Position numbers and translations under genes: made by a program. From Armatimonadota bacterium (lineage in GTDB: Bacteria > Armatimonadota > UBA5829 > DTLH01), in NCBI GenBank assembly GCA_039680575.1, contig JBDKSP010000020.1, positions 1-64,000 of the forward strand: a stretch of 64,000 bases of DNA, in the 5' to 3' direction. The notes under the pieces were generated by a model that ran no database searches, was not told the origin of the DNA, and was given only the letters and a program-made list of their open reading frames with translations. Shown here piece by piece: positions 1 to 10,546 of the stretch. The stretch's first letter is position 1. Each line of letters begins with the position of its first letter.

Positions 1-387
1 AACATCCTGTCTTAATAGCGGGTCAGCTTGATGTAGTGGCCGTCCTCCGTGGCGGCCATCTACCCCGTGGACCCACCGGACCACGGGGAGTTCCGCAGGA
101 GCCGGACTCTACCCATGATTGCTACTAACAGTGCGTCTCAGGATGACATGAAAGCGTAACCCCGGCATAAAGAAAAATTTAGATATTCATATATTAATAA
201 TTCGAGCGTTTGCCCCGCGCTGCAGCTCGGAGTTTCGCTATATATGACAGCGGGTAAGCAATGCCTAAAGAGTTTCGGGTAATGATAATGATGTAACAAT
301 CCTATGGACACATAACCAATCACTGATAACGCTGCATCTGTTGGTTTTGCGATTATACCCAAAACTCTGTAGAGGGAGCGGATTACA

Positions 388-777
388 GTGTTTCTTCAAA
401 TAGCTGAGGGCATGGCAAAAAGGCTTGGCGGACCGGGGCGTTTACGCATCATTATACAGCCTGTCGTGGCAATCGCACTGGGAATCCGTGACGGTTTGAT
501 AGATGCCAGAGCAGGTGAGCCGCCATATTTCATCGGATTGATATTCCGTCCGAACCGCCGCGGAGAACTGTGGGCGCTAACCATACAGTACATCATGAAG
601 CCGTTCATTATAGGTGTCATAATCGATCTCATCCTTCAATACTTCATTTTCGAACGGGTACGCCTTATTCCGGCAATTATCGTCGGTCTGTTATTGATCG
701 GCCTTCCGTATGCGCTTGCCAGAGGAATCACAAACAGGATTGCTACCAGATGGAATCACCGGAACAACAGGATCTGA
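388..777 (+). CDS. small integral membrane protein of unknown function
   Basis: 129-aa ORF with GTG start after AGGGAG and several hydrophobic segments. Confidence 0.65.
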   Translation: MFLQIAEGMAKRLGGPGRLRIIIQPVVAIALGIRDGLIDARAGEPPYFIGLIFRPNRRGELWALTIQYIMKPFIIGVIIDLILQYFIFERVRLIPAIIVGLLLIGLPYALARGITNRIATRWNHRNNRI

Positions 778-1904
778 ATGAGTTTTCACTGTCCACTGGC
801 GGACTTTTGCACAGTCTGTCACAGCATACCAAGGTAGCCGATCACATAATAGCTCGAGTATTCGCATTGATGGTAATCACCTGGTTTCCGCTGCTCATTC
901 TCTGGGAGGTATACAGTCCGGCTGCCGTAGACATCTCGTTTCTTCTGGATTACGGTGTTTACGGCCGGATTCTGGTGGCTATTCCGCTTCTTGTGATTGC
1001 GGAAATCCCGATAAACAGGAGGACGCGGGACGCGCTGGGGCAGTTTATCAAAACGAATCTCACCCGCGCAGAGGATGTGCCTCTTTTGGCTTCCGCCGTT
1101 CGGGATGCGACAGCGCAAAAGGGCTCGATTTTAGCGGAAATCATCATCCTTGCGATCATTTATTCCAGTATTGGGGTCCGCTCGATGGTCATATTACCGG
1201 TTTCATTGAGTACATGGTACTATGCAGACGGTAAAATCACTCCGGCAGGCTGGTATTACCTCCTTGTAAGCCTGCCGGCCTTCCAATTTCTGTTGATAAG
1301 GTGGATCTGGAGGCTGGCAATCTGGACAGGCCTGCTCTGGAGGATTTCGAGACTTGATTTACAGTTGGTACCGATCCACCCGGACAAAATGGGGGGGCTG
1401 GGTTTCCTTGGGCTTGCCCAGATACCGTTCGGCATAATAGGATTTGCCTGCGGCGCGGTTATTTCTACATCCCTGTTGAACCATATAACCTACCGGGGGC
1501 TGGTTCTCGCCAATGCTACAAGTGTTATGGTCGTATATGTAGTCCTCGCGGTTCTGGTCATAATCGCACCGGTTTTCGTATTCACCGGCAAGTTGGTAGC
1601 TCTGAGAGCAAGCGGGATATTGAAGTATGGGGACTTGGGTGAGGATTATGCGAGGCTGTTTGATCAGAAATGGATCGGTGGATCACATCCTGAAGATGAA
1701 ACGGTCCTGGGAAGTTCCGATATTCAGTCTCTGGCGGACCTGGCAAACAGCTATGCTATTGTACAGAACATGCGGATCATGGCTGCCGACAACAAAACGG
1801 TTATTGGTATCGCGGTTATGGCAGCTATCCCCATGATACCGGTGTTTTTTGCGACACTTCCATTCGATGAGATCGTTGCCAGAGTACTTGGGATATTAGG
1901 ATGA
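750..1904 (+). CDS. polytopic membrane protein of unknown function
   Basis: Long ORF with about 8 hydrophobic helices; in-frame ATG at 750 is a more plausible start than 570; followed by a terminator. Confidence 0.7.
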   Translation: MESPEQQDLNEFSLSTGGLLHSLSQHTKVADHIIARVFALMVITWFPLLILWEVYSPAAVDISFLLDYGVYGRILVAIPLLVIAEIPINRRTRDALGQFIKTNLTRAEDVPLLASAVRDATAQKGSILAEIIILAIIYSSIGVRSMVILPVSLSTWYYADGKITPAGWYYLLVSLPAFQFLLIRWIWRLAIWTGLLWRISRLDLQLVPIHPDKMGGLGFLGLAQIPFGIIGFACGAVISTSLLNHITYRGLVLANATSVMVVYVVLAVLVIIAPVFVFTGKLVALRASGILKYGDLGEDYARLFDQKWIGGSHPEDETVLGSSDIQSLADLANSYAIVQNMRIMAADNKTVIGIAVMAAIPMIPVFFATLPFDEIVARVLGILG

Positions 1905-1906
1905 AC

Positions 1907-1939
1907 AAAAAACCCCGGTTTTTGTATTCCGGGGCTTTT
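1907..1939. terminator. bidirectional rho-independent terminator
   Basis: AAAAAACCCCGG-loop-CCGGGGCTTTT between convergent genes. Confidence 0.7.
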
Positions 1940-1956
1940 CGATACGCATCAATGCA

Positions 1957-4266
1957 CTATGATTTATCCTTCACATTCAACTTCTTCCGGCAATTGTACT
2001 GCCCACTGGTGCAGAAGTGGTCGTATTGCAGCGGAAGCGGAGCGTCGCGTTTGAAGAGCACCTGCAGGATGCCGAGATCGCGTTCATTGGACTCATCCGG
2101 GTAGCGCATCGGGCATATAGGATCGCCCTCTGAGCTTTCGCTGCTGCTGCCGTCCGAGTTCGTTACCTCATGCCCCGGCAGGCCGCAGGCATGGCCGACT
2201 TCGTGTATGGCGCAGACGGTGACCATCTGCTGCACCAGTTTCTCGCGCGTATCTTCTCCCATTTGTTTGAAGGCTTTCATCGCCAGCGAGTGAGGAATAC
2301 CTGATGCCTGCAGTTGCTTGTCCTCATCAGAACCTGGACGGTTGAGCGCGTGGTCGAGGAATGTGTATATATGGTCGATATAGCGGCGCAGCCGTGCAGG
2401 GAAGATCTTCGTATAATCGGCGTCTTCCGGGCAGTCACCGTTATTGCAGTACCCATAGGTGCCGTAACCGGGCCTGAGGTTATCAGGGTCTTCCAGCCCC
2501 GGCGGGACGACCAGCCGCACGGCATATTTGTGGTAATCACTGATCTCACCCATTTTATAATCGACAATGCGGTCTATGGTGAGTCCGCCTCGATTGAACA
2601 CAAGCTGGTTATTAAGCCGGTAAGCGGTGATACCGGAAGCTTGTTTCCAGAGCTGCTGATTGAAGACATTGCTCTCATCGATGACGAACAGGTCTTTTTC
2701 CTTAGGGGAAAGACGCTTATATGCAAGTGTGCTGCCGTTCAGCACTACAAAGCCTCGGTATTCGCGGTACAGAGAAAGGCCGTCGCCTTTTGCGTCCTGT
2801 CCGGCAACTTCTTCCTCGTCCCAATCCTTATCATAATTGGGTATGCCATTCTCTTCTTCCCAGGCATCGGAGACATGGTTTTCGTTCTCATCACGAGGTA
2901 CAGCCAGGAATTGCTTTCCTGACGATTCTTCCTGTGCAGTTTGGTTGAGCTCATCACAGACTGCTTTCAACTTGCCGTAAGCTCCGCAGTCTTTGGACTC
3001 AACTATCACCACAGCTTGCGAAACGCGCTCGCTAGTGTAGGCATGCTTGGGATCATTGGGGTCTATGACGATACCTTCCGCCTGATCATCGGCAAAGCAC
3101 AAGTCGGTCTTCTTACCTACATCGAACGGATAGTTGCAGCACCGGCCTTTGTTCTCGCTCACATCAGTGAGATAGAAGTCGATGCGTCCTTTCGGGGCAG
3201 GTTTTCCCTTCTCCTGCGGCTTGAGTTCCGCCATGATCCCAAGCGGATGTGGTAAGCCATAAATATTGTTGGGGTTGTCCTGCATACGCGGAACCGGCAC
3301 CCATTTTTGATACATGGCCGTCTCTACCGGGTAGATAATCATCTTCGGCTCCACCGGCACATCGCCAACTGACCACTCGACGGTAAGCGTTCCCTGCATC
3401 AGGGGTATTTCTTTTAAGGCATCTCCCCACTGAGCCTTGAACGATTGCATCGAGTCTGCCATTACACATCCGGGACCTACCACAGCCACTACCGGTACAG
3501 ACATGCTGCCCTTACTGCCGCCGTTATTCCACGGCACTTCAAAGACGCCTCCCTCGGTAAAAGCAAAGGGTGTATTGTTCACTCCGATTCCGGTTGCTTC
3601 AGCTTTGTTGGCAAAACCGGCGAATGCCGTTCCGGGACTCGCGGCATAATAGGGAATACGAGCAGTAATGGATGAACCGGCGTGACTGGTAGCGCTGCCA
3701 GCAGCGCCGTGAACGACTGTAGGGGCGTCATCATCCGTTACTGACCAGTTATTTTCCATTAGCTGGAAACAGGCCCGTCCGAGCTTCTTGCTGATAGCTA
3801 CCCGCCCGACAATACCCTGCAGGTCATCCTCGCTTATGGGCAAAGTGGCAGTATCGTTAAAGCTGATGGTCTCAACACCTGTAGATTTGTCGCCGGTCTC
3901 ATGATACACGGCAGTAAAAGTCAAAGTACCGTTGTATGAAGTCTTTCGCTCGACAGAGGTCTTTCCACCTGTAAATGTGGTGGTAGCCTGCATATTGGCA
4001 ATGGTGGTTACGGTCGCATCGCCGCCGTCCCTAACGGTCTGTCCGCTGACCTTTATCGTATAGGTGATCTTGCCTTTCAAGGGCAAGATAATCTGTTCAT
4101 CCGGGTATCCGAGCGGCACTGGCGACTCGACAAAGTCATGTTGTTCCTGTTCTTCCGCCCATGAAGCGTTCAGTCCGCCCAAAAGAATAATTCCTGAAAC
4201 AATTACACGCAGCCACCAGGCCGGCATCCGCATCCCTGACATAACCATTCTCCCATACTTATGCAT
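1957..4266 (-). CDS. large secreted protein with C-terminal zincin-type metallopeptidase motif
   Basis: 769 aa; signal-peptide-like N-terminus (…LNASWA); HEVGHACGLPGH (HExxHxxGxxxH) followed by CPM Met-turn-like motif. Confidence 0.65.
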   Translation of the reverse strand: MHKYGRMVMSGMRMPAWWLRVIVSGIILLGGLNASWAEEQEQHDFVESPVPLGYPDEQIILPLKGKITYTIKVSGQTVRDGGDATVTTIANMQATTTFTGGKTSVERKTSYNGTLTFTAVYHETGDKSTGVETISFNDTATLPISEDDLQGIVGRVAISKKLGRACFQLMENNWSVTDDDAPTVVHGAAGSATSHAGSSITARIPYYAASPGTAFAGFANKAEATGIGVNNTPFAFTEGGVFEVPWNNGGSKGSMSVPVVAVVGPGCVMADSMQSFKAQWGDALKEIPLMQGTLTVEWSVGDVPVEPKMIIYPVETAMYQKWVPVPRMQDNPNNIYGLPHPLGIMAELKPQEKGKPAPKGRIDFYLTDVSENKGRCCNYPFDVGKKTDLCFADDQAEGIVIDPNDPKHAYTSERVSQAVVIVESKDCGAYGKLKAVCDELNQTAQEESSGKQFLAVPRDENENHVSDAWEEENGIPNYDKDWDEEEVAGQDAKGDGLSLYREYRGFVVLNGSTLAYKRLSPKEKDLFVIDESNVFNQQLWKQASGITAYRLNNQLVFNRGGLTIDRIVDYKMGEISDYHKYAVRLVVPPGLEDPDNLRPGYGTYGYCNNGDCPEDADYTKIFPARLRRYIDHIYTFLDHALNRPGSDEDKQLQASGIPHSLAMKAFKQMGEDTREKLVQQMVTVCAIHEVGHACGLPGHEVTNSDGSSSESSEGDPICPMRYPDESNERDLGILQVLFKRDAPLPLQYDHFCTSGQYNCRKKLNVKDKS

Positions 4267-4470
4267 TACTCATTGATTTTCGGCTGAAACGGCAAAATCT
4301 TTCAGCCTGGCGAGCGCAAAGTATGAGCCTTTATACTCCTGCCTGCGGTCCGCTGTCAACACTTTTTGTAACCGAAAATCGATAAGAACTCTTGCTATTT
4401 ATGCAAATCAATTACCAACATCCAGTCCGAAGAAGTGGATAACATCATAAGTTGTGTTACTCTCTTCAAC

Positions 4471-4499
4471 TTGACTTCATGGCTCATGTCGGATATTGT
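4471..4499 (+). promoter_or_regulatory. sigma70-type promoter
   Basis: TTGACT-N17-TATTGT upstream of the ORF at 4536. Confidence 0.5.
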
Positions 4500-4535
4500 T
4501 TGGTCTGATAACAGGCGTACGCGCGGGAGAAGTAT

Positions 4536-5408
4536 ATGCAGGGTATGCAATCACGGACAATAAGCGTCAGCTCACTTAATCGGCATTATATAGTTTATAT
4601 TCCGGATAGTTATTACACGCAAAAATTTGTTTCGCTCGTGATAATGCTCCATGGCGGCGGAGGGACTGCAAGAGGCGCGATGGAGGAAACAGGCTGGATT
4701 GAAAAGGCGAAAAAAGAAGGCTTCATAGCCGCATTTCCGGAAGCCGTCCGGCGCGATGAGTCGCAGCCGCCCAGGTTTCTCCGTAACCCGCAGTTCTGGA
4801 ACGATGGTTCTGGCCGAGCGCATTCCGGCAGAGAGAACATCGATGATGTCGGGTTCATAGATGCGATGATCGACGACCTGATGTCCAGCTATGTAATAGA
4901 TAAACGCAAAATCTTTATCAGCGGGTTCTCGAACGGGGCATCAATGACCTATCGAGCCGGAGTAGAATTGTCGAAACGTATTGCCGCGATAGCCCCTGTA
5001 TCCGGTCATTTGTGGACCAAACCTGAGAAGCTGGAGCGAGAAGTGTCTGTTTTGGCGATCACCGGTGTCGAAGACCCGCTGAACCCATTTAACGGAGGTG
5101 AGACGGTTAATCCCTGGGGAGACAATGAGATAAAACCTCAGATGGCGGATTCGGTCAAGACCTGGGCAGGGCTGCTTGGCTGTTCAGATGGTCACGAGGT
5201 GATAAATGATGGGGATGGCGTGAAGACCATCTCTTGCGGTAAATGCAGAAACGGCGCGGAAGCATTGTTCTGCGCCATAGACGGACTTGGACATGTGTGG
5301 CCAGGCGGTAAAAGCCTGCTGCATGAGAGGATAGTCGGTAAAGGCAGCGATAGATTGAACGCAACAGACGCAATCTGGCAGTTTTTTATAGAACACACTA
5401 TTCCGTAA
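4536..5408 (+). CDS. alpha/beta hydrolase, LpqC / PHB depolymerase-like esterase
   Basis: LHGGG, DDVGFI, GFSNG nucleophile elbow, GLGHVWPGG. Confidence 0.85.
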   Translation: MQGMQSRTISVSSLNRHYIVYIPDSYYTQKFVSLVIMLHGGGGTARGAMEETGWIEKAKKEGFIAAFPEAVRRDESQPPRFLRNPQFWNDGSGRAHSGRENIDDVGFIDAMIDDLMSSYVIDKRKIFISGFSNGASMTYRAGVELSKRIAAIAPVSGHLWTKPEKLEREVSVLAITGVEDPLNPFNGGETVNPWGDNEIKPQMADSVKTWAGLLGCSDGHEVINDGDGVKTISCGKCRNGAEALFCAIDGLGHVWPGGKSLLHERIVGKGSDRLNATDAIWQFFIEHTIP

Positions 5409-6054
5409 AGACAATCGTTCCGAAATGGCTCGGCCTGTGGAAGTTTGCCGGGCTTATAAGTGTCGGCGACCAGGCCTGAAACTCGACCGGCTCCGGTGAC
5501 AGGTCGATCCTGTAGAGGTTTCCGCGCCACTTTTCACCGGGCTTCGGAGTTTTGCGCCCAAGGGACGCAAACGGGACAGCAATCTCGATACTCCAGCCCC
5601 TGTCTATATCGTTTCTATCGTCAAGTGTGCCGTCTACGGCCACGGCAGTCTTGAGCCCTGTTATATCCCATTCCTTCCGGCCTTTGAAGACCGGCGGATC
5701 ATCCGTTAATGCACTGATTTCGGTGTCGAATACGACATTTCGAGGGCTCACATTCAGCTCATAGTAGTGGGTCAGGTCTCCGTCCGGCGACAGGAAGGCT
5801 TCCACGACCTCTTCATTCCAGATAAGGTCGTCCCTGTTGAACATAGTTCCCCAGATGTCCTGGTCTGTACAATCGAACGCCAGATAAAGATGGTCGTTAT
5901 CCCAGCAGAGCTTCACTCTTGTCGGTTTGGATGCGGATGCTCCATCTTCTGAAAGAACAAGATTTACGGCCTCGGAGTGAGACCAGGCGTCATCATCGAG
6001 CCGCCCGTCGATAATCGGCGGGGTATTAACTTTCGGGCAGTTGTATATCATCAT
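5398..6054 (-). CDS. carbohydrate-binding family 9-like protein
   Basis: IDGRLDDDAW, WDNDHLY, EVVEAF, YYELNVSP, WSIEIAVPF motifs. Confidence 0.8.
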   Translation of the reverse strand: MMIYNCPKVNTPPIIDGRLDDDAWSHSEAVNLVLSEDGASASKPTRVKLCWDNDHLYLAFDCTDQDIWGTMFNRDDLIWNEEVVEAFLSPDGDLTHYYELNVSPRNVVFDTEISALTDDPPVFKGRKEWDITGLKTAVAVDGTLDDRNDIDRGWSIEIAVPFASLGRKTPKPGEKWRGNLYRIDLSPEPVEFQAWSPTLISPANFHRPSHFGTIVFTE

Positions 6055-6144
6055 TTCATATTCAGCTTCGGCGTCAAGCTGATATGTTCCTTCTTGCCCT
6101 TGCCGAATGAAGCCATTAATTGTAGACTATTGTCGAGGTGAGAC

Positions 6145-7047
6145 ATGAAGGTTGCAAATTTCGAGGCCGCTGATGGGCTGAGCCAGGGAATCGGCGTCGT
6201 TACGGAAGATGGACTGCTGGATTTCGGACGCGCATACTGCGCATACCAGGTTGTAATGGGCGATTATCCCGAATACTACCTGTCCATACAGGAAATGATA
6301 GAGGCAGGTGAGTTCGAGCCGAAAGTCTTCCGGGACGTGATGAAATTTGTCGATGAGGCAGGATTGGTTTCAAAATTCCTTGTTGATGAAGGCTGCAGAC
6401 TTCTTGCGCCGGTCATGTATCCGCCGTCGATATATGCACTCGGCAGGAACTTCCCGGAGCATGCGATAGAGCATGGCGGTGAAATCCCGAGTGAGCCGAT
6501 CATTTTCATGAAAGCATCATCATCGGTGATCGGCCCTGATGAACCGGTGATCTATAAACGGTTTTTGACCCGAGTGGACCCGGAAGTAGAGCTTGCAGTC
6601 ATAATCGGGCGCAGAGGATCGAACATCAGCATAACAGATGCTCTGGGCTTCATAGCAGGCTACACTATCATAAACGATGTTACTGCACGGGATATGCAGT
6701 CGGATGATATATCCGCTGCGAAGCCCTGGTTCAGATCGAAAAGCATAGATACTTTCTGCCCGATGGGACCTTATGTACTCCTGCCCGACGCAGTAAAAGA
6801 GCCTCTTGAACTCGATCTTGAGATGAGGGTGAATGGTGAGATTCGACAGGAGGATAATACTCGAAATCTCATATTCAATGTCCCTTACATGATCTCGTGG
6901 ATCTCGAAATATATGACGCTTCGCCCCGGCGATGTTATCTCAATGGGAACGCCGGAAGGAATGACCCCTGTTATGCCTGGAGAGGTCATGGAAGCCCATA
7001 TTGAAGGGATAGGCACACTGAGAAATCCGGTTATAGCTGAAGAATAG
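6145..7047 (+). CDS. fumarylacetoacetate hydrolase family protein
   Basis: GRNFPEH, DPEVELAVIIG, NDVTARD, KSIDTFCPMGP, GTPEG. Confidence 0.9.
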   Translation: MKVANFEAADGLSQGIGVVTEDGLLDFGRAYCAYQVVMGDYPEYYLSIQEMIEAGEFEPKVFRDVMKFVDEAGLVSKFLVDEGCRLLAPVMYPPSIYALGRNFPEHAIEHGGEIPSEPIIFMKASSSVIGPDEPVIYKRFLTRVDPEVELAVIIGRRGSNISITDALGFIAGYTIINDVTARDMQSDDISAAKPWFRSKSIDTFCPMGPYVLLPDAVKEPLELDLEMRVNGEIRQEDNTRNLIFNVPYMISWISKYMTLRPGDVISMGTPEGMTPVMPGEVMEAHIEGIGTLRNPVIAEE

Positions 7048-7127
7048 TTAAACATATTTGTATCTCAACCGTAATTATAATAGAGGGACGATTAAACGGC
7101 AGCCGATAGGTTGCTTACGAAGAAAAT

Positions 7128-8243
7128 ATGCACAGACCAACTTACGCAGAGATTGATTTAAACGCAATAAGGGAGAATATTCAAGCAATACGCCGGGCTG
7201 TGGGTCCCGGTGTGAGGATTATGCCGGCAGTCAAGGCTGACGGCTATGGGCATGGCGCTGTCAAGGTCGGGAGAACGGTTCTCGCAGCCGGCGCTAATAT
7301 GCTCGGTGTCGCAAGTGTAGAGGAAGCGCTCGAATTCCGAAACAGCGGGATCGACGCTCCCATACTGATCCTCGGATGCTCGAGCGGCTGTTCCGCCCGC
7401 GAAATAGTAGAGTTCGGTATTTCCGCGACTGTCTGCGACTTGAGCGCCGCCCGCGATCTTGCCGCAGAGGCTGCACGGTGTGAGAAAAAGGCACGTGTCC
7501 ATGTAAAAGTCGATACCGGTATGGGGCGGATAGGTGTCTCTTCCGATGGCGCTGTTGATTTGGTCACGGCCTTAATGGGTTTTCCTCAGCTTGAAGTGGA
7601 AGGCATATTCACTCATTTTCCATCTTCTGATGAATCGGACAGGTCATTCACAGAGGAACAGATAAGATTATTCAAGGGCATAATATCCGAACTAAGTGAA
7701 CATGATATACGGCCCGAGTACGCTCACGCCGCAAATAGTGGAGCTGTGCTCGATTATCCCTCGGCTTACCTCGATATGGTACGGCCGGGAATAGCTGTTT
7801 ACGGGCTTTACCCATCCTCGGAGACGGGAAGAAGCATCCAGCTGAAGCCCGCTCTGACCTTCCGCACGAAGATTGTCTTTATGAAGGATTATCCCGCCGG
7901 CAGAACGGTCAGCTACGGGCGTGCATTCGAGACATTACGCAGCACTAGAGCAGCCGTTATCCCCGTAGGCTATGCGGACGGCTTCGAGAGATCGCTGTCG
8001 AATAAAGGGGAAGTGTCCGTAAAGGGATACAGGGCTCCTGTAATCGGCCGGGTCTGCATGGACCAGACAATGATCGATGTAACTGATGTCCCTGATGTGG
8101 CTATTGGGGACGATGTAATCCTCCTCGGCGGCGGTGTGGACTACCTTTCAGTAGAAAGAGTAGCAGAGCTACTGGGGACTATCCCTCACGATGTCGTGAC
8201 ATCCATCGGAAAGCGTGTGCCGAGGGTATATACCGGCGAATAG
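7128..8243 (+). CDS. alr: alanine racemase
   Basis: AVKADGYGHG PLP-lysine motif, HVKVDTGMGRIG, VSYG, GYADG, GRVCMDQ. Confidence 0.97.
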   Translation: MHRPTYAEIDLNAIRENIQAIRRAVGPGVRIMPAVKADGYGHGAVKVGRTVLAAGANMLGVASVEEALEFRNSGIDAPILILGCSSGCSAREIVEFGISATVCDLSAARDLAAEAARCEKKARVHVKVDTGMGRIGVSSDGAVDLVTALMGFPQLEVEGIFTHFPSSDESDRSFTEEQIRLFKGIISELSEHDIRPEYAHAANSGAVLDYPSAYLDMVRPGIAVYGLYPSSETGRSIQLKPALTFRTKIVFMKDYPAGRTVSYGRAFETLRSTRAAVIPVGYADGFERSLSNKGEVSVKGYRAPVIGRVCMDQTMIDVTDVPDVAIGDDVILLGGGVDYLSVERVAELLGTIPHDVVTSIGKRVPRVYTGE

Positions 8244-8248
8244 ACCGC

Positions 8249-9214
8249 TCAGTGATTATAAGCCCAATATAAGGAAAAATCCGCGCACATTGGTCGATGG
8301 TTTGAAGCATCGATTTTCGGCATCCAGCACTTGACGGGTGAAATGTTGCCTTTTGAGAAGATATGGTCGATTCTGACCATTGGAATTTGCCTCTTGTAAC
8401 TAAGCCCAAGCCCACTGCCGCTGCTCTTGAATGCATTTGTCATTACGGAACTCAGTTCTCTATAGATTCGCGTGTTAGGCGGGGTATTGAAGTCACCGCA
8501 GACGATTGTCGGCACTCCCGGCGGCAATGCGCGAAGAATCTCATCTGCCTGTTTCATCCGCAAGCTGTCTGCTGCACCGACGTTGCCCGGTGTCATGCTC
8601 GATAGTCTTGGTTTGAATGGCACTGCAAAATGGACGTTTGCGATTACGACTTCTTCGCCGTCAACATCCGCTGATACCCAGAGCGCGGAGTGGGTAGTTC
8701 CGAGCCGTTTGAGTGAAAACCTGCTTAAAATGACAAGTTCGCCACAGACTTTGGCGTTCCACCCCTTGAACTTCGGAAGCGCAAGTGTCTCATCCAGGTG
8801 TCTTAACGCCCAGGGATTCGCTTCCTGAAGGCAGATGATGTCCGGCATTGCCTGTGTGAAAAGCACCGGCAGACGGGAGCCTCCTCTTCCGTAATACAGA
8901 TTCCAGGTCAGCACTCTGAGCTGTGACGGCATCTTTGGAGAAGAGTGGGGGAACGGCACAGCCATAAGAAATACAAGAACAAAGATCGCAGGGACAACCG
9001 AGACAGTAGCGAGCCACCACTTGTGGTGGATGAGCATATAAATGGTGAGTATGACCGGCGGTATCAACCACATCTGCTGCGGCATGTAGGTGAGAAGCAG
9101 TGTCGGCCACCATCGCTCTCCGGGGAACCGTTCGAGCGCGATTACAAGAAAGATCAAGAGGACCCCGGCGGCAGCAAGAGTGAAATCCGATCTGAGTGCA
9201 AAAGGGATTTTCAT
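8249..9214 (-). CDS. endonuclease/exonuclease/phosphatase (EEP) family protein with N-terminal membrane helices
   Basis: LTWNL, ICLQE, CGDFNTPP, RIDHIF, SNHRP. Confidence 0.85.
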   Translation of the reverse strand: MKIPFALRSDFTLAAAGVLLIFLVIALERFPGERWWPTLLLTYMPQQMWLIPPVILTIYMLIHHKWWLATVSVVPAIFVLVFLMAVPFPHSSPKMPSQLRVLTWNLYYGRGGSRLPVLFTQAMPDIICLQEANPWALRHLDETLALPKFKGWNAKVCGELVILSRFSLKRLGTTHSALWVSADVDGEEVVIANVHFAVPFKPRLSSMTPGNVGAADSLRMKQADEILRALPPGVPTIVCGDFNTPPNTRIYRELSSVMTNAFKSSGSGLGLSYKRQIPMVRIDHIFSKGNISPVKCWMPKIDASNHRPMCADFSLYWAYNH

Positions 9215-9408
9215 AATTGGCTTCTATATACCCAACAGGCAGGCATATAACCATAGGTTAGTATGGATCTTCCGCCTGAGGATCACAGAGTTGCCCGCCG
9301 GCTATATACCTTTATCGACTTCTATCGAGTAAGCTCGATGTGCTGTTTGAAAAGAGCTGGGCAAGAGTTCAGAGTTGATGAGTATAACATCATGCTGAAC
9401 GAACACAA

Positions 9409-9473
9409 CGTCATGCTGAGCTTGACTCAGCATCCAGGAAAAAAATGGACCCTGAATCAAGTTCAGGGTGACG
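9409..9473 (+). repeat. REP-like double-hairpin repeat, family A copy 1
   Basis: GTCATGCTGAGCTTGACTCAGCATCC…GACCCTGAATCAAGTTCAGGGTGAC; other copies at 12852, 54089 and 63864. Confidence 0.9.
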
Positions 9474-9577
9474 TGCTTCTATCCATGATGACGTGCTGGT
9501 TGTTCAGGGTGACGTGCTGGTTGTTAAGGGTGACGTGCTTCCATCCATGATGACGTGTTGGTTATTCAGGTTGATGT
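9469..9577 (+). repeat. degenerate 20-21 bp tandem repeat
   Basis: TGACGTG core at 9469, 9489, 9510, 9531, 9551 and degenerate at 9572. Confidence 0.85.
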
Positions 9578-9626
9578 ACAATCTCTCATTATGAGTGAAT
9601 TCTTACAGAATTCTTACAGAGTTGGT

Positions 9627-9655
9627 TTGACCCGTATGTTGCGTCTGAGTATAAT
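9627..9655 (+). promoter_or_regulatory. sigma70-type promoter
   Basis: TTGACC-N17-TATAAT upstream of the ORF at 9701. Confidence 0.7.
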
Positions 9656-9700
9656 TAACAGGTCGATCTATAAGTCTAAAATGGAAAGGCGAGGGTAAAT

Positions 9701-10525
9701 ATGCGTCACACAGGGTTAGTTATTCTGGCAGTATTATGTCTTGTCTCGTATGCAGCGGCTGAGGAGCCTGCGCAGCCTGTACAGCCGGCGCCCAGGACAG
9801 CCAATCTTACGCCCGTAATGAAAGCCGGAGAACAGCTTCGTTACAAGGTAAAAGTCAAGGCGACAGGCAGCACGATGTTAGCCAATTCATCGAAACCCGT
9901 ATCGATAGATACGGTAGTGGACCTGGTGATTTCCGTTAGTGTTGGTGAATTAGCTTCCGACGGTTCGACACAGGTAAGCATAGCCGCTCAGGACGCCTCC
10001 GCTGTTATCGACGGGCAGAGGCTGGTGCTTCCCACGAGCATCTTTCCCAAAACTACAGCGCTTATAGACAAAAATGGCGAGATTAAGCAGCTTTTGACAT
10101 CCGATTCCGGCGAAGTCAAGATGCCGGGGATTAATTCGAAAAATCTGATACTTCTCTTCCGTCCTAACGCACCTGCCGGAGATGTAAGTGTAGGATCGAC
10201 ATGGAAGAAGACGATATCACTTCCACCGGAGCCGGAAAAATACGGTTTTGTGTGCAAGTTCGAGTCAATTGAAAACATAAATGGAAAAGACACCGCAAAG
10301 GTGAGGACAGACCTTACCGTTTTGCCGCCTTCTGGAGCAGATTACAGCTCAAAGGGGTTTGTTGTCACGAATTACTCCCTCGACGGATGCAAGCTGATGA
10401 AATCGCACGCGGAGATGACCGTCAAGATGAATAACAACGGATACCAGAAGGATACTCCGGAAAAGGTGGAAGCAAATATCGGAATGGATGTAGAGCCTTT
10501 GACAGCCGATTCACCAGCCAAATAG
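9701..10525 (+). CDS. secreted hypothetical protein
   Basis: Signal peptide ending AAA; beta-rich 274-aa ORF with RBS GAGGG. Confidence 0.75.
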   Translation: MRHTGLVILAVLCLVSYAAAEEPAQPVQPAPRTANLTPVMKAGEQLRYKVKVKATGSTMLANSSKPVSIDTVVDLVISVSVGELASDGSTQVSIAAQDASAVIDGQRLVLPTSIFPKTTALIDKNGEIKQLLTSDSGEVKMPGINSKNLILLFRPNAPAGDVSVGSTWKKTISLPPEPEKYGFVCKFESIENINGKDTAKVRTDLTVLPPSGADYSSKGFVVTNYSLDGCKLMKSHAEMTVKMNNNGYQKDTPEKVEANIGMDVEPLTADSPAK

Positions 10526-10546
10526 CGGGCGATCAAGGATAAATCC

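Noticed and set aside
4278..4292. TTTCGGCTGAAACG, which recurs inverted at ~17076-17089, as a shared operator
   Set aside because: Only two short matches near functionally unrelated genes; cannot be distinguished from chance.
4290..4345. GGCAAA…GCGCAAAG resembling a c-di-GMP-I riboswitch
   Set aside because: The GAAA-tetraloop stem and the receptor stem cannot be formed.
9455..9577. Regularly spaced repeats resembling a CRISPR array
   Set aside because: Period is only 20-21 bp, there are no unique spacers and no cas genes; it is a tandem tail of a REP-like element.
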